NCBI GenBank assembly: GCA_963817715.1
Contig: CAWFPG010000004.1
Location: forward strand, 199,673-263,672
Length of the DNA stretch: 64,000 bases
Source of the DNA: an uncultured Gemmatimonadales bacterium
GTDB taxonomy: Bacteria; Gemmatimonadota; Gemmatimonadetes; Gemmatimonadales; GWC2-71-9
Reading direction: 5' to 3'
The position numbers and the translations under genes were made by a program. Below the pieces are notes generated by a model. The model saw only the letters and a list, made by a program, of their open reading frames with translations. It searched no databases and was not told the origin of the DNA. Positions 32,703 through 46,493 of the stretch are shown one piece after another; position 1 is the stretch's first letter, and each line of letters begins with the position of its first letter.

Positions 32703-33989
32703 ATGAGTCTTGCAGACGACCTGATTGCCCGCGCCGAGCGCCGTGATCTCACCATCGGCATCGTTGGCCTCGGCTACGTCGGCCTCCCACTGGCGGTCGA
32801 GCTCGGTCGGGCCGGCTTCACGCTGCTCGGCTACGACGTCTCCGAGCGGGTGGTCGCCAGCCTCAACGCCGGCACCTCCCACATCAAGGACGTGACCTCG
32901 GCCGAGGTGGCCGAGCTGCGGGACTCGGGACGCTTCGAGGCGACCACCGACGCCGCTCGGCTCCGCGAGGCCGACGTCATCTCGATCTGCGTGCCGACCC
33001 CGCTGTCGAAGTACAAGGACCCCGACGTCTCGTTCATCGTCGCGGCCACCGAGGCGGTGCGCAATTCCCTCCGCCGTGGCCAGGTCATCATTCTCGAGAG
33101 CACGACCTATCCGGGGACCACCCGGGAGATCGTCCTGCCGGCGCTGGAGAGCACCGGGCTCACGGTGGGCGAGGACTTCTTCCTGGCCTTCTCCCCGGAG
33201 CGAGTCGATCCGGGCAACCCGAACTTCAACACCCGGAACACTCCCAAGGTGGTGGGCGGCATCACCGCCGACTGCGTCCGGGTGGCCTGTGCGATGTACG
33301 CCCCGGCGATCGAGACCCTGGTGCCGGTCAGCACCACCGAGGCTGCCGAGCTGGTGAAGCTGCTGGAGAACACCTTCCGCAGCGTGAACATCGGCCTGGT
33401 CAACGAGATGGCGATTGTCTGCGACAAGCTCGGGGTCGACGTCTGGGAAGTGATCGAGGCGGCGGCGACCAAGCCGTTCGGGTTCATGAAGTTCCTGCCG
33501 GGCCCGGGGCTTGGTGGCCACTGCATCCCGATCGACCCGCACTACCTCGCGTGGAAGATGCGGGGGCTCAACTACAAGACGCGGTTCATCGATCTTGCCG
33601 GCGAGCTGAACAGCGAGATGCCGCTCTTCTGGGTTCGCAAGGTGATGGAAGAGCTCAACCTGGCGGGCAAGGCGATCAACGGCGCCAATGTGCTGGTCAT
33701 CGGCGTGGCATACAAGAAGGACATCGACGACCTGCGCGAGTCGCCGGCGCTCGATATCCTGGGCTTGCTGCATCAGTACGGTGCCGACGTGCACTACCAC
33801 GATCCCTTCGTGCCCCGCTTCTCGGAATCCGGCCACGACTACGAGTCGGTGCCGCTCACGGAGGCGTCGCTGCGGGAAGCCGACGCGGTCCTGATCGTGA
33901 CCGATCACACCAACATCGACTGGGGCATGGTGAAGCGCACCGCGCGCCTGGTGGTGGACACTCGCCACGTCCTCAGCCGGGTGGCGTGA
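32703..33989 (+). CDS. UDP-N-acetyl-D-hexosamine 6-dehydrogenase (nucleotide-sugar dehydrogenase, WbpA/WecC-like)
   Basis: IGIVGLGYVGLPLAVEL, ICVPTPL, FSPERVDPGN, GGHCIPIDP, VAYKKDIDDLRESPA. Confidence 0.8.
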   Translation: MSLADDLIARAERRDLTIGIVGLGYVGLPLAVELGRAGFTLLGYDVSERVVASLNAGTSHIKDVTSAEVAELRDSGRFEATTDAARLREADVISICVPTPLSKYKDPDVSFIVAATEAVRNSLRRGQVIILESTTYPGTTREIVLPALESTGLTVGEDFFLAFSPERVDPGNPNFNTRNTPKVVGGITADCVRVACAMYAPAIETLVPVSTTEAAELVKLLENTFRSVNIGLVNEMAIVCDKLGVDVWEVIEAAATKPFGFMKFLPGPGLGGHCIPIDPHYLAWKMRGLNYKTRFIDLAGELNSEMPLFWVRKVMEELNLAGKAINGANVLVIGVAYKKDIDDLRESPALDILGLLHQYGADVHYHDPFVPRFSESGHDYESVPLTEASLREADAVLIVTDHTNIDWGMVKRTARLVVDTRHVLSRVA

Positions 33990-35293
33990 TGCGGGTGACG
34001 GTGATCGGATCGGGCTACGTCGGCCTGGTGGCTGGCGCCTGCCTGGCCGAGACCGGCAACGAGGTGGTCTGCGCGGACCGTGACGAGGCCAAGGTGGCCT
34101 GCCTCCGGCAGGGCGAGCTGCCGATCTACGAGCCGGGGCTCCAGCCGATGGTTGCCCGCAACGCCGAGGCCGGGCGACTCCGGTTCACCACCGATCTCGG
34201 CGAGGCGGTCCGCCACGCCGAGGTGATCTTCATCGCCGTCGGCACCCCACCCGGCGAGGACGGCTCGGCCGATCTGCAGCACGTGCTCGACGTGGCGCGC
34301 ACCATCGGCCGTCACGTCGAGCACTTCACGGTGGTGGTGACCAAGTCGACGGTGCCGGTGGGGACCGCAGGGAAGGTGCGCGAGGCGATCGCAGCCGAGA
34401 CCGACGTCGAGGTGGCCGTGGCCTCCAATCCGGAGTTCCTCAAGGAAGGCGCCGCGATCGACGATTTCATGAAGCCCGATCGGGTGGTGCTGGGCACCGA
34501 CGATCCGCGGGCCGAGAAGCTGCTGGGCGAGCTGTATGCCCCCTACGTGCGCAGCGGCGCCCCGATTCTCTTCATGGACATCGCGAGTGCCGAGGTGACG
34601 AAGTACGCGGCCAACGCGATGCTGGCGACCCGGATCTCGTTCATGAACCAGGTGGCCGAGCTTTGCGACCGGGTCGGGGCCGACGTCTTCAGCGTGCGCC
34701 GCGGGATCGGCAGCGACTCGCGGATCGGGCCGGCATTCCTCTTCCCGGGCCCGGGCTATGGCGGGTCGTGCTTTCCCAAGGACGTCAAGGCGCTGATCCA
34801 TACCGCTCGCAGTGTCGGGATGGTCCCCGACCTTCTCGAGGCCACCGAGGCGGTCAACGTGCGCCAGAAGGCGCAGCTCTTCACCAAGCTGGTCGACCGG
34901 CTCGGTTCGGTCAGCGGCCGGACGATCGCCGTCTGGGGACTGGCGTTCAAGGCCGGCACCGACGACATGCGCGAGTCGCCGGCGCTCACCCTGGTCGACG
35001 CGCTGCTCGATGCCGGTGCAGCCGTCCGGGCGCACGATCCCCAGGCGATGGCGGTTGCGCGCGGCATCTGGGGCGACCGGGTCGCGTTTGCGGCCGACCC
35101 CTACGCGGCGCTTGCCGGCGCCGACGCGCTGGTGGTGGTCACCGAGTGGCTGGAATACCGCAATCCCGACTTTGGCCGGATCCGCAGCGCACTCGGCCAG
35201 CCGGTGGTGATCGACGGCCGCAACCTCTACGATCCGGCCCGGATGGCGGAGCTCGGCTTCGAACATGCCACCATCGGCCGGGGGACACGCTGA
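33989..35293 (+). CDS. ugd: UDP-glucose 6-dehydrogenase
   Basis: [71 protein letters not shown]. Confidence 0.85.
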   Translation: MRVTVIGSGYVGLVAGACLAETGNEVVCADRDEAKVACLRQGELPIYEPGLQPMVARNAEAGRLRFTTDLGEAVRHAEVIFIAVGTPPGEDGSADLQHVLDVARTIGRHVEHFTVVVTKSTVPVGTAGKVREAIAAETDVEVAVASNPEFLKEGAAIDDFMKPDRVVLGTDDPRAEKLLGELYAPYVRSGAPILFMDIASAEVTKYAANAMLATRISFMNQVAELCDRVGADVFSVRRGIGSDSRIGPAFLFPGPGYGGSCFPKDVKALIHTARSVGMVPDLLEATEAVNVRQKAQLFTKLVDRLGSVSGRTIAVWGLAFKAGTDDMRESPALTLVDALLDAGAAVRAHDPQAMAVARGIWGDRVAFAADPYAALAGADALVVVTEWLEYRNPDFGRIRSALGQPVVIDGRNLYDPARMAELGFEHATIGRGTR

Positions 35294-36225
35294 TGCGGGT
35301 CGCGATCACCGGAGCCGCTGGCTTCCTGGGCTCTCACCTGACCGATCGCTTCCTGGCTGACGGCCACGAGGTGGTCGGGCTCGACAACTTCCTCACCGGC
35401 CGGGCCGAGAACCTCGAGCACCTCGCCGGTGAGTCGCGCTTCACCTTCGTCGAACAGGATGTGAGCGACCCCTACGAGATCGCCGGCCGGCTCGACGGGG
35501 TGCTGCACTTCGCCTCGCCGGCGTCGCCGCCCGACTATCAGGCTCACCCGATCGCCACCCTCCGGGTCGGCTCGGCCGGCACGCTCAACGCGCTCGAGCT
35601 GGCCCGCCAGCATGGGGCGCGGTGCTTCCTGGCGTCGACCAGCGAGGTGTACGGCGATCCGCAGGTGCATCCCCAGCCGGAGAGCTACTGGGGCCACGTC
35701 TCGTGCACCGGGCCCCGGAGCATGTACGACGAGGCGAAGCGGTTCGCCGAGGCCGCCACCATGGCCTACCGGCGCAGTCACGGTGTCGAGACCCGGATCG
35801 TGCGCATCTTCAACACCTACGGTCCCCGGATGCGCCCGGAGGATGGCCGGGTCGTGTCCAACTTCATCGTGCAGGCGCTCCGCGGGAAGGCGATGACCGT
35901 GTACGGGGACGGCAGCCAGACCCGATCGTTCTGCTACGTCAGCGACCTGATCGATGGGATCACCCGGCTGTTCCACTCGGCCCACGCCGGACCGGTGAAC
36001 ATCGGCAATCCCAACGAGTTCACGATGCTGGAGCTGGCGGCGGTGGTGCGCGAGGTGACCGGGGCCGAGGTGCCCGTCCGTCACGACCCGCTCCCCACCG
36101 ATGACCCCAAGGTGCGGCGGCCCGACATCACCCTGGCGCGCGAACTGCTCGGCTGGGAGCCGGCGGTGGAACTCCGCGAGGGAATCGGCAGGACAGTGGA
36201 CTACTTCCGCGAGGTCGTGGGATGA
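35293..36225 (+). CDS. UDP-glucuronate decarboxylase (UDP-xylose synthase)
   Basis: [60 protein letters not shown]. Confidence 0.85.
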   Translation: MRVAITGAAGFLGSHLTDRFLADGHEVVGLDNFLTGRAENLEHLAGESRFTFVEQDVSDPYEIAGRLDGVLHFASPASPPDYQAHPIATLRVGSAGTLNALELARQHGARCFLASTSEVYGDPQVHPQPESYWGHVSCTGPRSMYDEAKRFAEAATMAYRRSHGVETRIVRIFNTYGPRMRPEDGRVVSNFIVQALRGKAMTVYGDGSQTRSFCYVSDLIDGITRLFHSAHAGPVNIGNPNEFTMLELAAVVREVTGAEVPVRHDPLPTDDPKVRRPDITLARELLGWEPAVELREGIGRTVDYFREVVG

Positions 36226-36929
36226 ACGTCAGCGTGCGGGAACTGATCGGATCGGCGCGTGAGCGTTTCGCGTCGCGCGACTACTACGGGGCGTTGCTGT
36301 GCCTCGAGGATCTCGACGGTTCTGCCCGTGCCTATGCCGACGTCCACCATCTGCGTGGCCTCTGCCTGACGATGCTGGAGCGATCCGACGAGGCACTGGC
36401 CGAGTTCGAGCGCGCCCTGTCGCTCAACCCGCGTTACGTCGAGGCGCATCTCCACCGAGGCCTGGTACTCAACCAGTTGGGGCACCACGCCGAAGCCGGC
36501 GAGGCGTTCGACAACGCGGTGGCCGCCGAGGGGCCCACCGTGGCCGGGCTCTCCGGACCGGTGGCGGCCCGGCTGGCCAATGAGCACGCCCGGCTTGGTG
36601 AGCACTATGCCGAGGCCGGGGCAATCGCCGAGGCGATCGGGCAGCTCCGCCGTGCGGTCGAGCTGGGGCCGGCGTTCCACGACCTGCGGATGCGGCTGGC
36701 GCGGCTGCTGCTCGAGGGCGGCAACCCGCTCCAGGCGCGCGAGGAGCTGGCCGTCATCCTGGCTGCCCGTCCCGACTGGGTCGAGGCTCGGGTGCAGTAC
36801 GGTCTGGCCCGGTATCTGGCCGGCGATGTCTCCGGCGCGCGCGAGACCTGGCAGCAGTGCCAGAGTGAGCGTCCCGACCTGGAACGGGTCAACGCCTATC
36901 TCGCGATGGTCGAGCGGATCCCGGAGTGA
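36222..36929 (+). CDS. tetratricopeptide-repeat protein
   Basis: Consecutive TPR-like units, e.g. [58 protein letters not shown]. Confidence 0.6.
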   Translation: MNVSVRELIGSARERFASRDYYGALLCLEDLDGSARAYADVHHLRGLCLTMLERSDEALAEFERALSLNPRYVEAHLHRGLVLNQLGHHAEAGEAFDNAVAAEGPTVAGLSGPVAARLANEHARLGEHYAEAGAIAEAIGQLRRAVELGPAFHDLRMRLARLLLEGGNPLQAREELAVILAARPDWVEARVQYGLARYLAGDVSGARETWQQCQSERPDLERVNAYLAMVERIPE

Positions 36930-37822
36930 GTCGTTGTGCCTGGCCTCTTCTGGTCCTGGTCCTCGCGGCCTGCGGTTCCCATCCCGATGACGAGGCACTC
37001 GGTGACCTGGCGGCTGGCCAGGGGCGCTGGAGCGACGCGCTCGATGCCTACAACCAGGCGGGCAGTGATGTCGGCCTGATCGCCAAGCGTGCCAACGCCG
37101 CACTCGAGGCCGGTCGACCCGGCACCGCGGCGGTGGCATGGGCCGCCGTCGCCGACGGTGATACCAGCCGTCGGGCTGAAGCAGCGGTCGGCCTCACCAG
37201 GGCCGCCGAGGCGGCCAAGCGACGTGGCGACATGCTGGCCCTCGCCACCGCGATTCGCGGGTTGCGGCAGTTTGCGCCGGGCTGGCCGGTCGGCCGACTG
37301 GCGTTGTCGCTCCGGCTCTCGGCCTTTCCCTCCACCGAGGACGCACTGGCGCTGGCGCCGGCGATCCTGGCGGCCTCTCCGGCCCGGGACGTGGCCGACT
37401 CCGCGCTCGCTCGCTGGGCGGCCGCCTGGCGTGAGCGAGGCGACTGCAGTCGGGCCGCGCCGCTCTACAACGCGCTGGCCCGGGTGACCGAGGGCGATGC
37501 CGCTCGTGACGCCGAACTTGCCTTTGCCGCGTGCCGGCTGCGGCAGGGACTTGCCGCAACCGAGGCCGGGGCGTTCGATTCGGCGCGGGCCGCCCTCGGC
37601 GACGCCGTGAACACCGACCCCAATGGCGCGCTCGGGCGCCGTGCGCTCATCGGCCTGGGCGACGTCCACCTCCAGAACGGGGACCTGTTCGCCGCCCAGC
37701 TGGCGTGGCGCACCGCGGCCACCTCGGCGGCCGAGCCCGATTCGATCACCGACCTTGCCCTCGAGCGGCTTCGCGCCGTGTCGAGCACCGATTCGACCAG
37801 GGAGCCCAGATTCCCGCGATGA
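36926..37822 (+). CDS. lipoprotein, Ala-rich helical-repeat (hypothetical)
   Basis: Lipobox [20 protein letters not shown] overlap with the previous gene. Confidence 0.5.
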   Translation: MSRCAWPLLVLVLAACGSHPDDEALGDLAAGQGRWSDALDAYNQAGSDVGLIAKRANAALEAGRPGTAAVAWAAVADGDTSRRAEAAVGLTRAAEAAKRRGDMLALATAIRGLRQFAPGWPVGRLALSLRLSAFPSTEDALALAPAILAASPARDVADSALARWAAAWRERGDCSRAAPLYNALARVTEGDAARDAELAFAACRLRQGLAATEAGAFDSARAALGDAVNTDPNGALGRRALIGLGDVHLQNGDLFAAQLAWRTAATSAAEPDSITDLALERLRAVSSTDSTREPRFPR

Positions 37823-38616
37823 CCCGACTGTTGCTGCTTCCCGCCCTCCTGCTCGCCGCCTGCGGCGGCGGCACACCGAAGACGACCCCGGCACCCGGGT
37901 CGAACATCCGTGCCTCCGAGGCACAGCTCGATTCGCTCTGGACCTCGGCCCAGGCGCGGATGGCCGACCACGACTGGGAGAAGGCCGCCGTCGTCTACCA
38001 GCGCCTGATGCTCGAGCTGCCCAGGGGCGATCGGCGGCTGGCGGCCTCCCGGCTCGGGATCGGCGAGGCCCGGATGGGCCAGAAGAGCTACCTGCAGGCG
38101 GTGCGCGAGTTCCGGCGCACGGCCGACGAGTATCCGACCGACTCGCTGGCCCCCCACGCGCTGCTGCGGGCCGGTGAAGCCTATGCGAAGCTCTGGCGGC
38201 GGCCGGAACTCGACCCGACCTATGGTGGCCAGGCGATCGCGACGTGGCAGGAGTTGTTGACCCGCTACCCCGAGAGCGCGGTCACCGACACGGCACGGGA
38301 GCGGATCGCCGGGTTGCATGAGTGGTATGCCATCAAGGCCTTCAAGGCGGCCGAGTTCTACATGAAGTACAAGGCGTACGACTCGGCCATCCTGTATCTC
38401 AAGGATCTGGTCGCGACCTACCCGAAGACCGAGATCGTGCCACAGGCGCTGGCCGAGCTGGTGGGTGCCTACCGGAAGCTCGGTTACGACGATGATGTGA
38501 CCGAGACCTGCGACTATTTCCGGCGCATGCGCCCCGACGCGCCGCTCCTGTCCGAGACCTGTCCCGCCGCGGCTGCTGCCGCGACAGCCCCGGCGGCGGA
38601 TGGCCCAGCGTCCTGA
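37819..38616 (+). CDS. bamD: outer membrane protein assembly factor BamD (YfiO-like TPR lipoprotein)
   Basis: Lipobox MTRLLLLPALLLAAC. Typical text EAYAKLWRRPELDPTYGGQAIATWQELLTRYPES...AAEFYMKYKAYDSAILYLKDLVATYP. The track ORF from 37531 is an upstream extension. Confidence 0.7.
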   Translation: MTRLLLLPALLLAACGGGTPKTTPAPGSNIRASEAQLDSLWTSAQARMADHDWEKAAVVYQRLMLELPRGDRRLAASRLGIGEARMGQKSYLQAVREFRRTADEYPTDSLAPHALLRAGEAYAKLWRRPELDPTYGGQAIATWQELLTRYPESAVTDTARERIAGLHEWYAIKAFKAAEFYMKYKAYDSAILYLKDLVATYPKTEIVPQALAELVGAYRKLGYDDDVTETCDYFRRMRPDAPLLSETCPAAAAAATAPAADGPAS

Positions 38617-39186
38617 CGTGCGGCTGGGGATCCTCGGCGGGTCGTTCGACCCGGTGCACAATGCTCACGTGATCGTGGCACAGTTGGCTCGGGAGGCGCT
38701 CGCCCTCGACCGAGTGCTGCTGATGGTGTCCGGGACGCAGCCGCTCAAGGGCGGTCATGGCGCGCCGGCGGTCGACCGACTCCGGATGGTCGAGCTCGCG
38801 GTGGCGACGATCGACGGCCTCGAGGCCGATGGTCGCGAGATCGGCCGGCCCGGCCCCTCCTACATGGTCGACACCCTCATCGAACTCGCCGCGGAAGTGC
38901 CGGGGGCGGAGTTGGTGCTCCTCCTCGGGGCCGATGCAGCCGCGGAGCTGCCGCGCTGGCGCCAGCCCGATCGGATCCGTGCCCTGGCGCGGGTGGCGGT
39001 CTTCCGACGCGGCGACGAGCCGGTGCCCGATGGCATGGCGGCGTTCGACGTGCCGCGACTCGACATCTCGAGCACTGCGATCCGGGCGCGGCTCCGTGCC
39101 GGCCGTGGTGTCCGTGGGTGGGTCCCCGAGGCGGTGGTCAATTACATTTCCGGGCTGGCCCTGTACCAGGGAGAAGGTGGACCGGA

Positions 39187-39190
<4 letters not shown>
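38600..39190 (+). CDS. nadD: nicotinate-nucleotide adenylyltransferase
   Basis: [33 protein letters not shown]. Confidence 0.85.
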
Positions 39191-42354
<3,164 letters not shown>

Positions 42355-42389
42355 TCACCGCCGGGAACGATCGGGGCGGTCGGGAGGGC

Positions 42390-42415
42390 GGGGGACGGCG
42401 GGGCTGCCGTCCCCC
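42390..42415 (+). terminator. GC hairpin after secA (GGGGGACGGC-ggggct-GCCGTCCCCC)
   Basis: Perfect 10-bp stem, 36 nt after the secA stop. No T tail. Confidence 0.5.
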
Positions 42416-42429
42416 GCGTGCGTCGGGGT

Positions 42430-42492
42430 GGCCAACGGCCGAGTCCCCGCCGAGGCATTGCTGCCTCGCGCGGGGACTCGTCGCCGTTGGCC
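42430..42492. repeat. 63-nt near-perfect long hairpin (GGCCAACGGCCGAGTCCCCGCCGAGGCA-ttgc-TGCCTCGCGCGGGGACTCGTCGCCGTTGGCC)
   Basis: Read directly. Two small bulges only. Confidence 0.6.
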
Positions 42493-43154
42493 GGTGGTCT
42501 CTCGGTTCGTCGCCGGCACTCGCGGAGCGTCTACCGGCCTGACCATCGGTCTTTCCCCTCGTCGGACGGGCCCGACTCAGGTGCCCCAGGATCCCGGGGC
42601 TTCGGTTGTGGCCAGCGACCCCACAACCTGTCCGGCAGGGTCGAACGCCTGCCGCACCGCCTTCCGCCAGCGTCCCGGGAGAAGGCCCCATCGCGGGCAA
42701 CCCGTCCCGCGACGCACCGATAGGATACCGCCGTTCCCGAAACGCGCAAGGGGGGACGATCGGGCGCCTTGCGAAGCTGGCGTGGTCGTGGCAATGTTGG
42801 CCCGTCGGGCAACGACGGCCGTCGCTGCCCGACCCATTGGACACGATGCATCAGACACCAACGATCGTTCCGCGATGGGGGCCTCTCTGCCCCGCCACCC
42901 GGCTGGTTGCCGGCGGTTCATCGTACCCGCGCCGAAGGGCGCGTCACGCTCCAGTCACAAGGCCTTCACGTGCTTGACCGTTCCCGGTGGGCGGCGCAGT
43001 TTCCTGCGTGTCGCCAGCACCCGGTGGTCCGGCGCGCTGGAGCGCGATCGTTGCACGACCAGGACGGGACCCGGTGCGGACGTTGCTCCGTGCCGGCTCC
43101 ATGCGGGCTGCCGGCCCCCGTCCCCGGTGGCACCCACGTACGGGGAGGTTCGTG

Positions 43155-46100
43155 ATGCGAAGGTTGCTGACCATCTGCGCGCTCCTGGCCGCAGCGCTGG
43201 TCGTCGGGACTCATTCATTGTCCGCCCAGGGTGTGACGACGGGCGCGGTTCGGGGCACCTTGGTCGACCAGACCGGTGCCCCGGTTGCTGGCGCCAGCCT
43301 CATCCTCGTCAACAGTCGCACCGGCTTCCGTACCACCGCGATCTCGCGGAGCAACGGCGACTTCGGGATGGAGAACGTGACGCCGGGCGGCCCGTTCAGC
43401 CTCACCGCCCGGGCGATCGGCTACCGGCCAGTGGTCCAGAATGACATCGTGGTCAATCTCGGCCAGGTCGTGACGATCCGGTTGCAGATGGAGCAGACGG
43501 CGGTCACCCTGAGCGAACTGACCGTGACGGCGGACGTGAATCCGCTGCTCTCGCGGGGACGGACCGGCGCCTCGGCGACCGTGTCCGACTCCTTCATCCA
43601 GCGCGCTGCCGACGCTGTCGCGGAACTTCACCGACCTGATCGGGATCGTGCCCCAGGTCAACGGCAGCTCGGTGGCCGGCCAGAACAACCGCTACAACAA
43701 CATCCAGATCGATGGTGGCGTCAACAACGACCTCTTCGGCCTCGGCTCCACCGGCACGCCGGGTGGCCAGGTCGGCTCGCGGCCGATCTCGCTCGAGGCG
43801 GTCAAGGAGTTCCAGGTCCTGATCGCCCCGTTCGACGTGCGCCAGGGTGGCTTCACTGGTGGTCTGGTCAATGCCATCACCAAGTCGGGCACCAACGAGT
43901 TCCATGGCTCCCTGTTCGGCTACCGGCAGAACAAGAGCCTGGCCCGTGACATCGTCGATCGCGGCTCGCTGGGCAAGGACGAGCTGACGGACTTCAGCGA
44001 GTGGCAGTACGGCGGGACGCTGAGCGGCCCGATCATCCCCGACCGCCTGCAGTTCTTCGCCGCGGTCGACCTCAAGAAGCGGACCTCGCCGTTCAGCGGC
44101 TACCTGCAGGGCAACGACCAGGTCGACCTGGATGCGTTCGGCGTCACGCAGGCGCTGGCCGACAGCGTGATCGCCTGGTCGACCGCCAACCTCGTCGATC
44201 CGGGCTCGGCCGGTCAGGTGACCCGGCAGACGCCGGACCACGACGTCTTCGTCAAGCTGAATGCGCAGGTCTCCGACCGCAGCCAGCTGGAGCTGTCGTT
44301 CAATCACGTCACTGCCAGCGACGGCTCGCTGATCCGGAGCAGCTCGTTCTCGGGCTACCGGAGCGGATACGAGCTCGGCAACGCCGGCTACACGATCAAC
44401 AACACGACCCAGACCGGCCGCGTCCGCTACAACGTGGCGCTCGGCGACCGCTACACGAACGAGCTGCTGGTCGGCTACCAGCGGATCCGCGACAAGCGCG
44501 ACCCCGGGATGAACACCCCGCTGATCTTCGTGGGGACCGGCAGCGCGATCGCGATCGGTGCCGAGCGGTACTCGCAGGGCAACCGGCTCAACCAGGATGT
44601 CTTCGAGCTGTCGGACAACCTGAGCATCGGGTTCGGCAACCACCTGGTCACGCTCGGGACGCACAACGAATTCTTCAAGTTCTACAACCAGTTCTTCCCC
44701 GGGTCCTACGGGATCTGGGGCTTCGCCAGCGCGGCGGACCTGATTGCCGGGAACGCCTACCACTACGAGATCGCCCTGCCGCTCCGGCCGGGTGGCCCCG
44801 AGGCCTCGTTCAAGGTCAACCAGTTGGGGCTCTACGCCCAGGACATCTGGACCGTGACGCCGAAGCTGTCGCTGACGATCGGCGTCCGGGCGGACTATCC
44901 CAACCTGCCGACCAAGCCCGACGCCAACCCGGACCTGGCGGCGGTGTCGTTCACTCATGCCGATGGCACCACCGACGTGGCCAACACCGCCGACTTCAGC
45001 ACGTCGGCGCTGCTCTCCCCGCGGTTCGGCTTCAACTATGACGCCAACGGCGACCGCAGCCTGCTGGTGCGCGGCGGCCTCGGCGTCTTCACCGGCCGGC
45101 CGCCCTACGTGTGGGTGTCCAACGCCTACGCCAACTCGGGGCTCACGCAGGCCACGCTGTCCTGCAACGGGTCCTCGGTGCCGGGCTTCGTGGGCGACGT
45201 TGCCTCGCAGCCGACGTCGTGCGCCGGGGGCGGCGCGCCCAACCCGCCGACGCCGTCGATCGTCTACTTCGACCACGGCTTCAAGTTCCCGCAGACGTTC
45301 CGGGCCGCGCTCGGGATGGACAAGCAGCTCGGCTGGGGCATGGTCGGCACCATCGACCTGCTCTACACCCGGACGCTGAACCAGTTCTACCTCAACGACG
45401 TGAACCTGACGGGCGTGGTCGCGACCGCGTCGGGCGAGGGCGGGCGCCTGCTGTACGGCACGCCGCGCACCCCGGACGGCAATGGCATCGCCTCGGGGCT
45501 CAGCACCTCGCGGATCAGCTCGGACTACCGCGACGTGATCCGTCAGTCGAATTCCAGCGGTGATCGCTCGATCTCCGCGACCTTCCAGATCGACAAGCGG
45601 TTCAGCGAGGGATTGGCCTTCAACGCAGGCTACACGCACTCGCAGACGAAGGACCGCATGTGCATGTCGTCGAGCATCTCGTCATCGAACCTGCGGTACG
45701 CGGTGCTGCAGGGCCCGCTGGCTGACCGGCCGCTCGAGACCTCGTGCTTCGACGTGCCGAACAAGCTGGCGCTGACGGGGATCTTCGATGTGCCGCTCGG
45801 GTTCGAGGTGTCGGTGTCGTACACCGGCTTCTCGGGCACGCCGTTCACCTACACCGTCAACAACGACGCCAACGGCGACGGCTTCTCGAGCAACGACCCG
45901 ATCTACGTCCCGGCCAACGCGTCGGACATCACCCTGCAGGACCCGAGCGACTGGGCCGAGCTCGACTCGTACATCAGCAGCGAGCCCTGCCTCGACAAGG
46001 CGCGCGGTACGCTGCTCGTGCGGAACAGCTGCCGCAACCCGTGGGCGAGCTTCATCAATGCCCGCGTCACCAAGAAGTTCCCGACCCTCAACGGGCAGGC

Positions 46101-46329
46101 CTTCGAGGTGTCGCTCGACATCTTCAACGTGCTGAACCTGATCAAGTCCGATTGGGGCGTGATGCGCAGCACCACCGGATTCGAGAACCAGGCGATCATG
46201 GACCAGCGCGGCTACGACGTCAACAACAGCCGCGGCGTCTACTCACTGCGGAACCTGCAGTACAAGGACGCGGTCAACGCCTCGGCGTCGCGGTACCGCC
46301 TGCAGCTGAGCGGCCGCTACGTGTTCTAG
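43155..46329 (+). pseudogene. TonB-dependent outer-membrane receptor with N-terminal carboxypeptidase-regulatory-like domain (Oar-like); frame broken near 43605
   Basis: Signal MRRLLTICALLAAALVVGTHSLSAQG. GAVRGTLVDQTGAPVAGASLILVN. The plug text SDSFIQR | LPTLSRNFTDLIGIVPQVNGSSVAGQNNRYNNIQIDGG continues in ORF 43648. The barrel ends ...LQLSGRYVF. Confidence 0.8.
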
Positions 46330-46390
46330 ACCGCGCCCACGGATGCCGGAGCGCGGGTTGCTCAGGCGTCCCGACGCGGAGTGCCTGCGG

Positions 46391-46417
46391 ACGCCGCTCC
46401 CCTCGGGGGGGCGGCGT
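46391..46417 (+). terminator. GC hairpin after the receptor gene (ACGCCGCTCCCC-tcg-GGGGGGGCGGCGT)
   Basis: Read directly. One imperfect position, no T tail. Confidence 0.45.
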
Positions 46418-46424
46418 TCGTGCG

Positions 46425-46493
46425 TCGGGGCGACCCTGCCGGGGATGCTCCGCGCCGGGGTGTCGACCGCCTCGGGGCGACCCTGTCGGGATG
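46425..46493 (+). repeat. 22-nt direct repeat TCGGGGCGACCCTG(C/T)CGGG(G)ATG x2, 47 nt apart; the second copy contains the radC start codon
   Basis: Read directly. A related sequence, CTCGAGGGTCGCCCCTGTCGGGG, occurs at 6006-6028. Confidence 0.5.

Noticed and set aside
42355-43154. Known structured RNAs in the secA-receptor spacer (cobalamin or TPP riboswitch, RNase P RNA, SRP RNA, tmRNA, 6S)
   Set aside because: The diagnostic boxes I can recall (B12 box/GCCACTG, CTGAGA...ACCTGATCTGGATAATGCCAGCG, GAGGAAAGTCC, GGAAGCAGCC, and the tmRNA tRNA-like end plus tag ORF) were not found by eye. The region is retained only as an unexplained finding.
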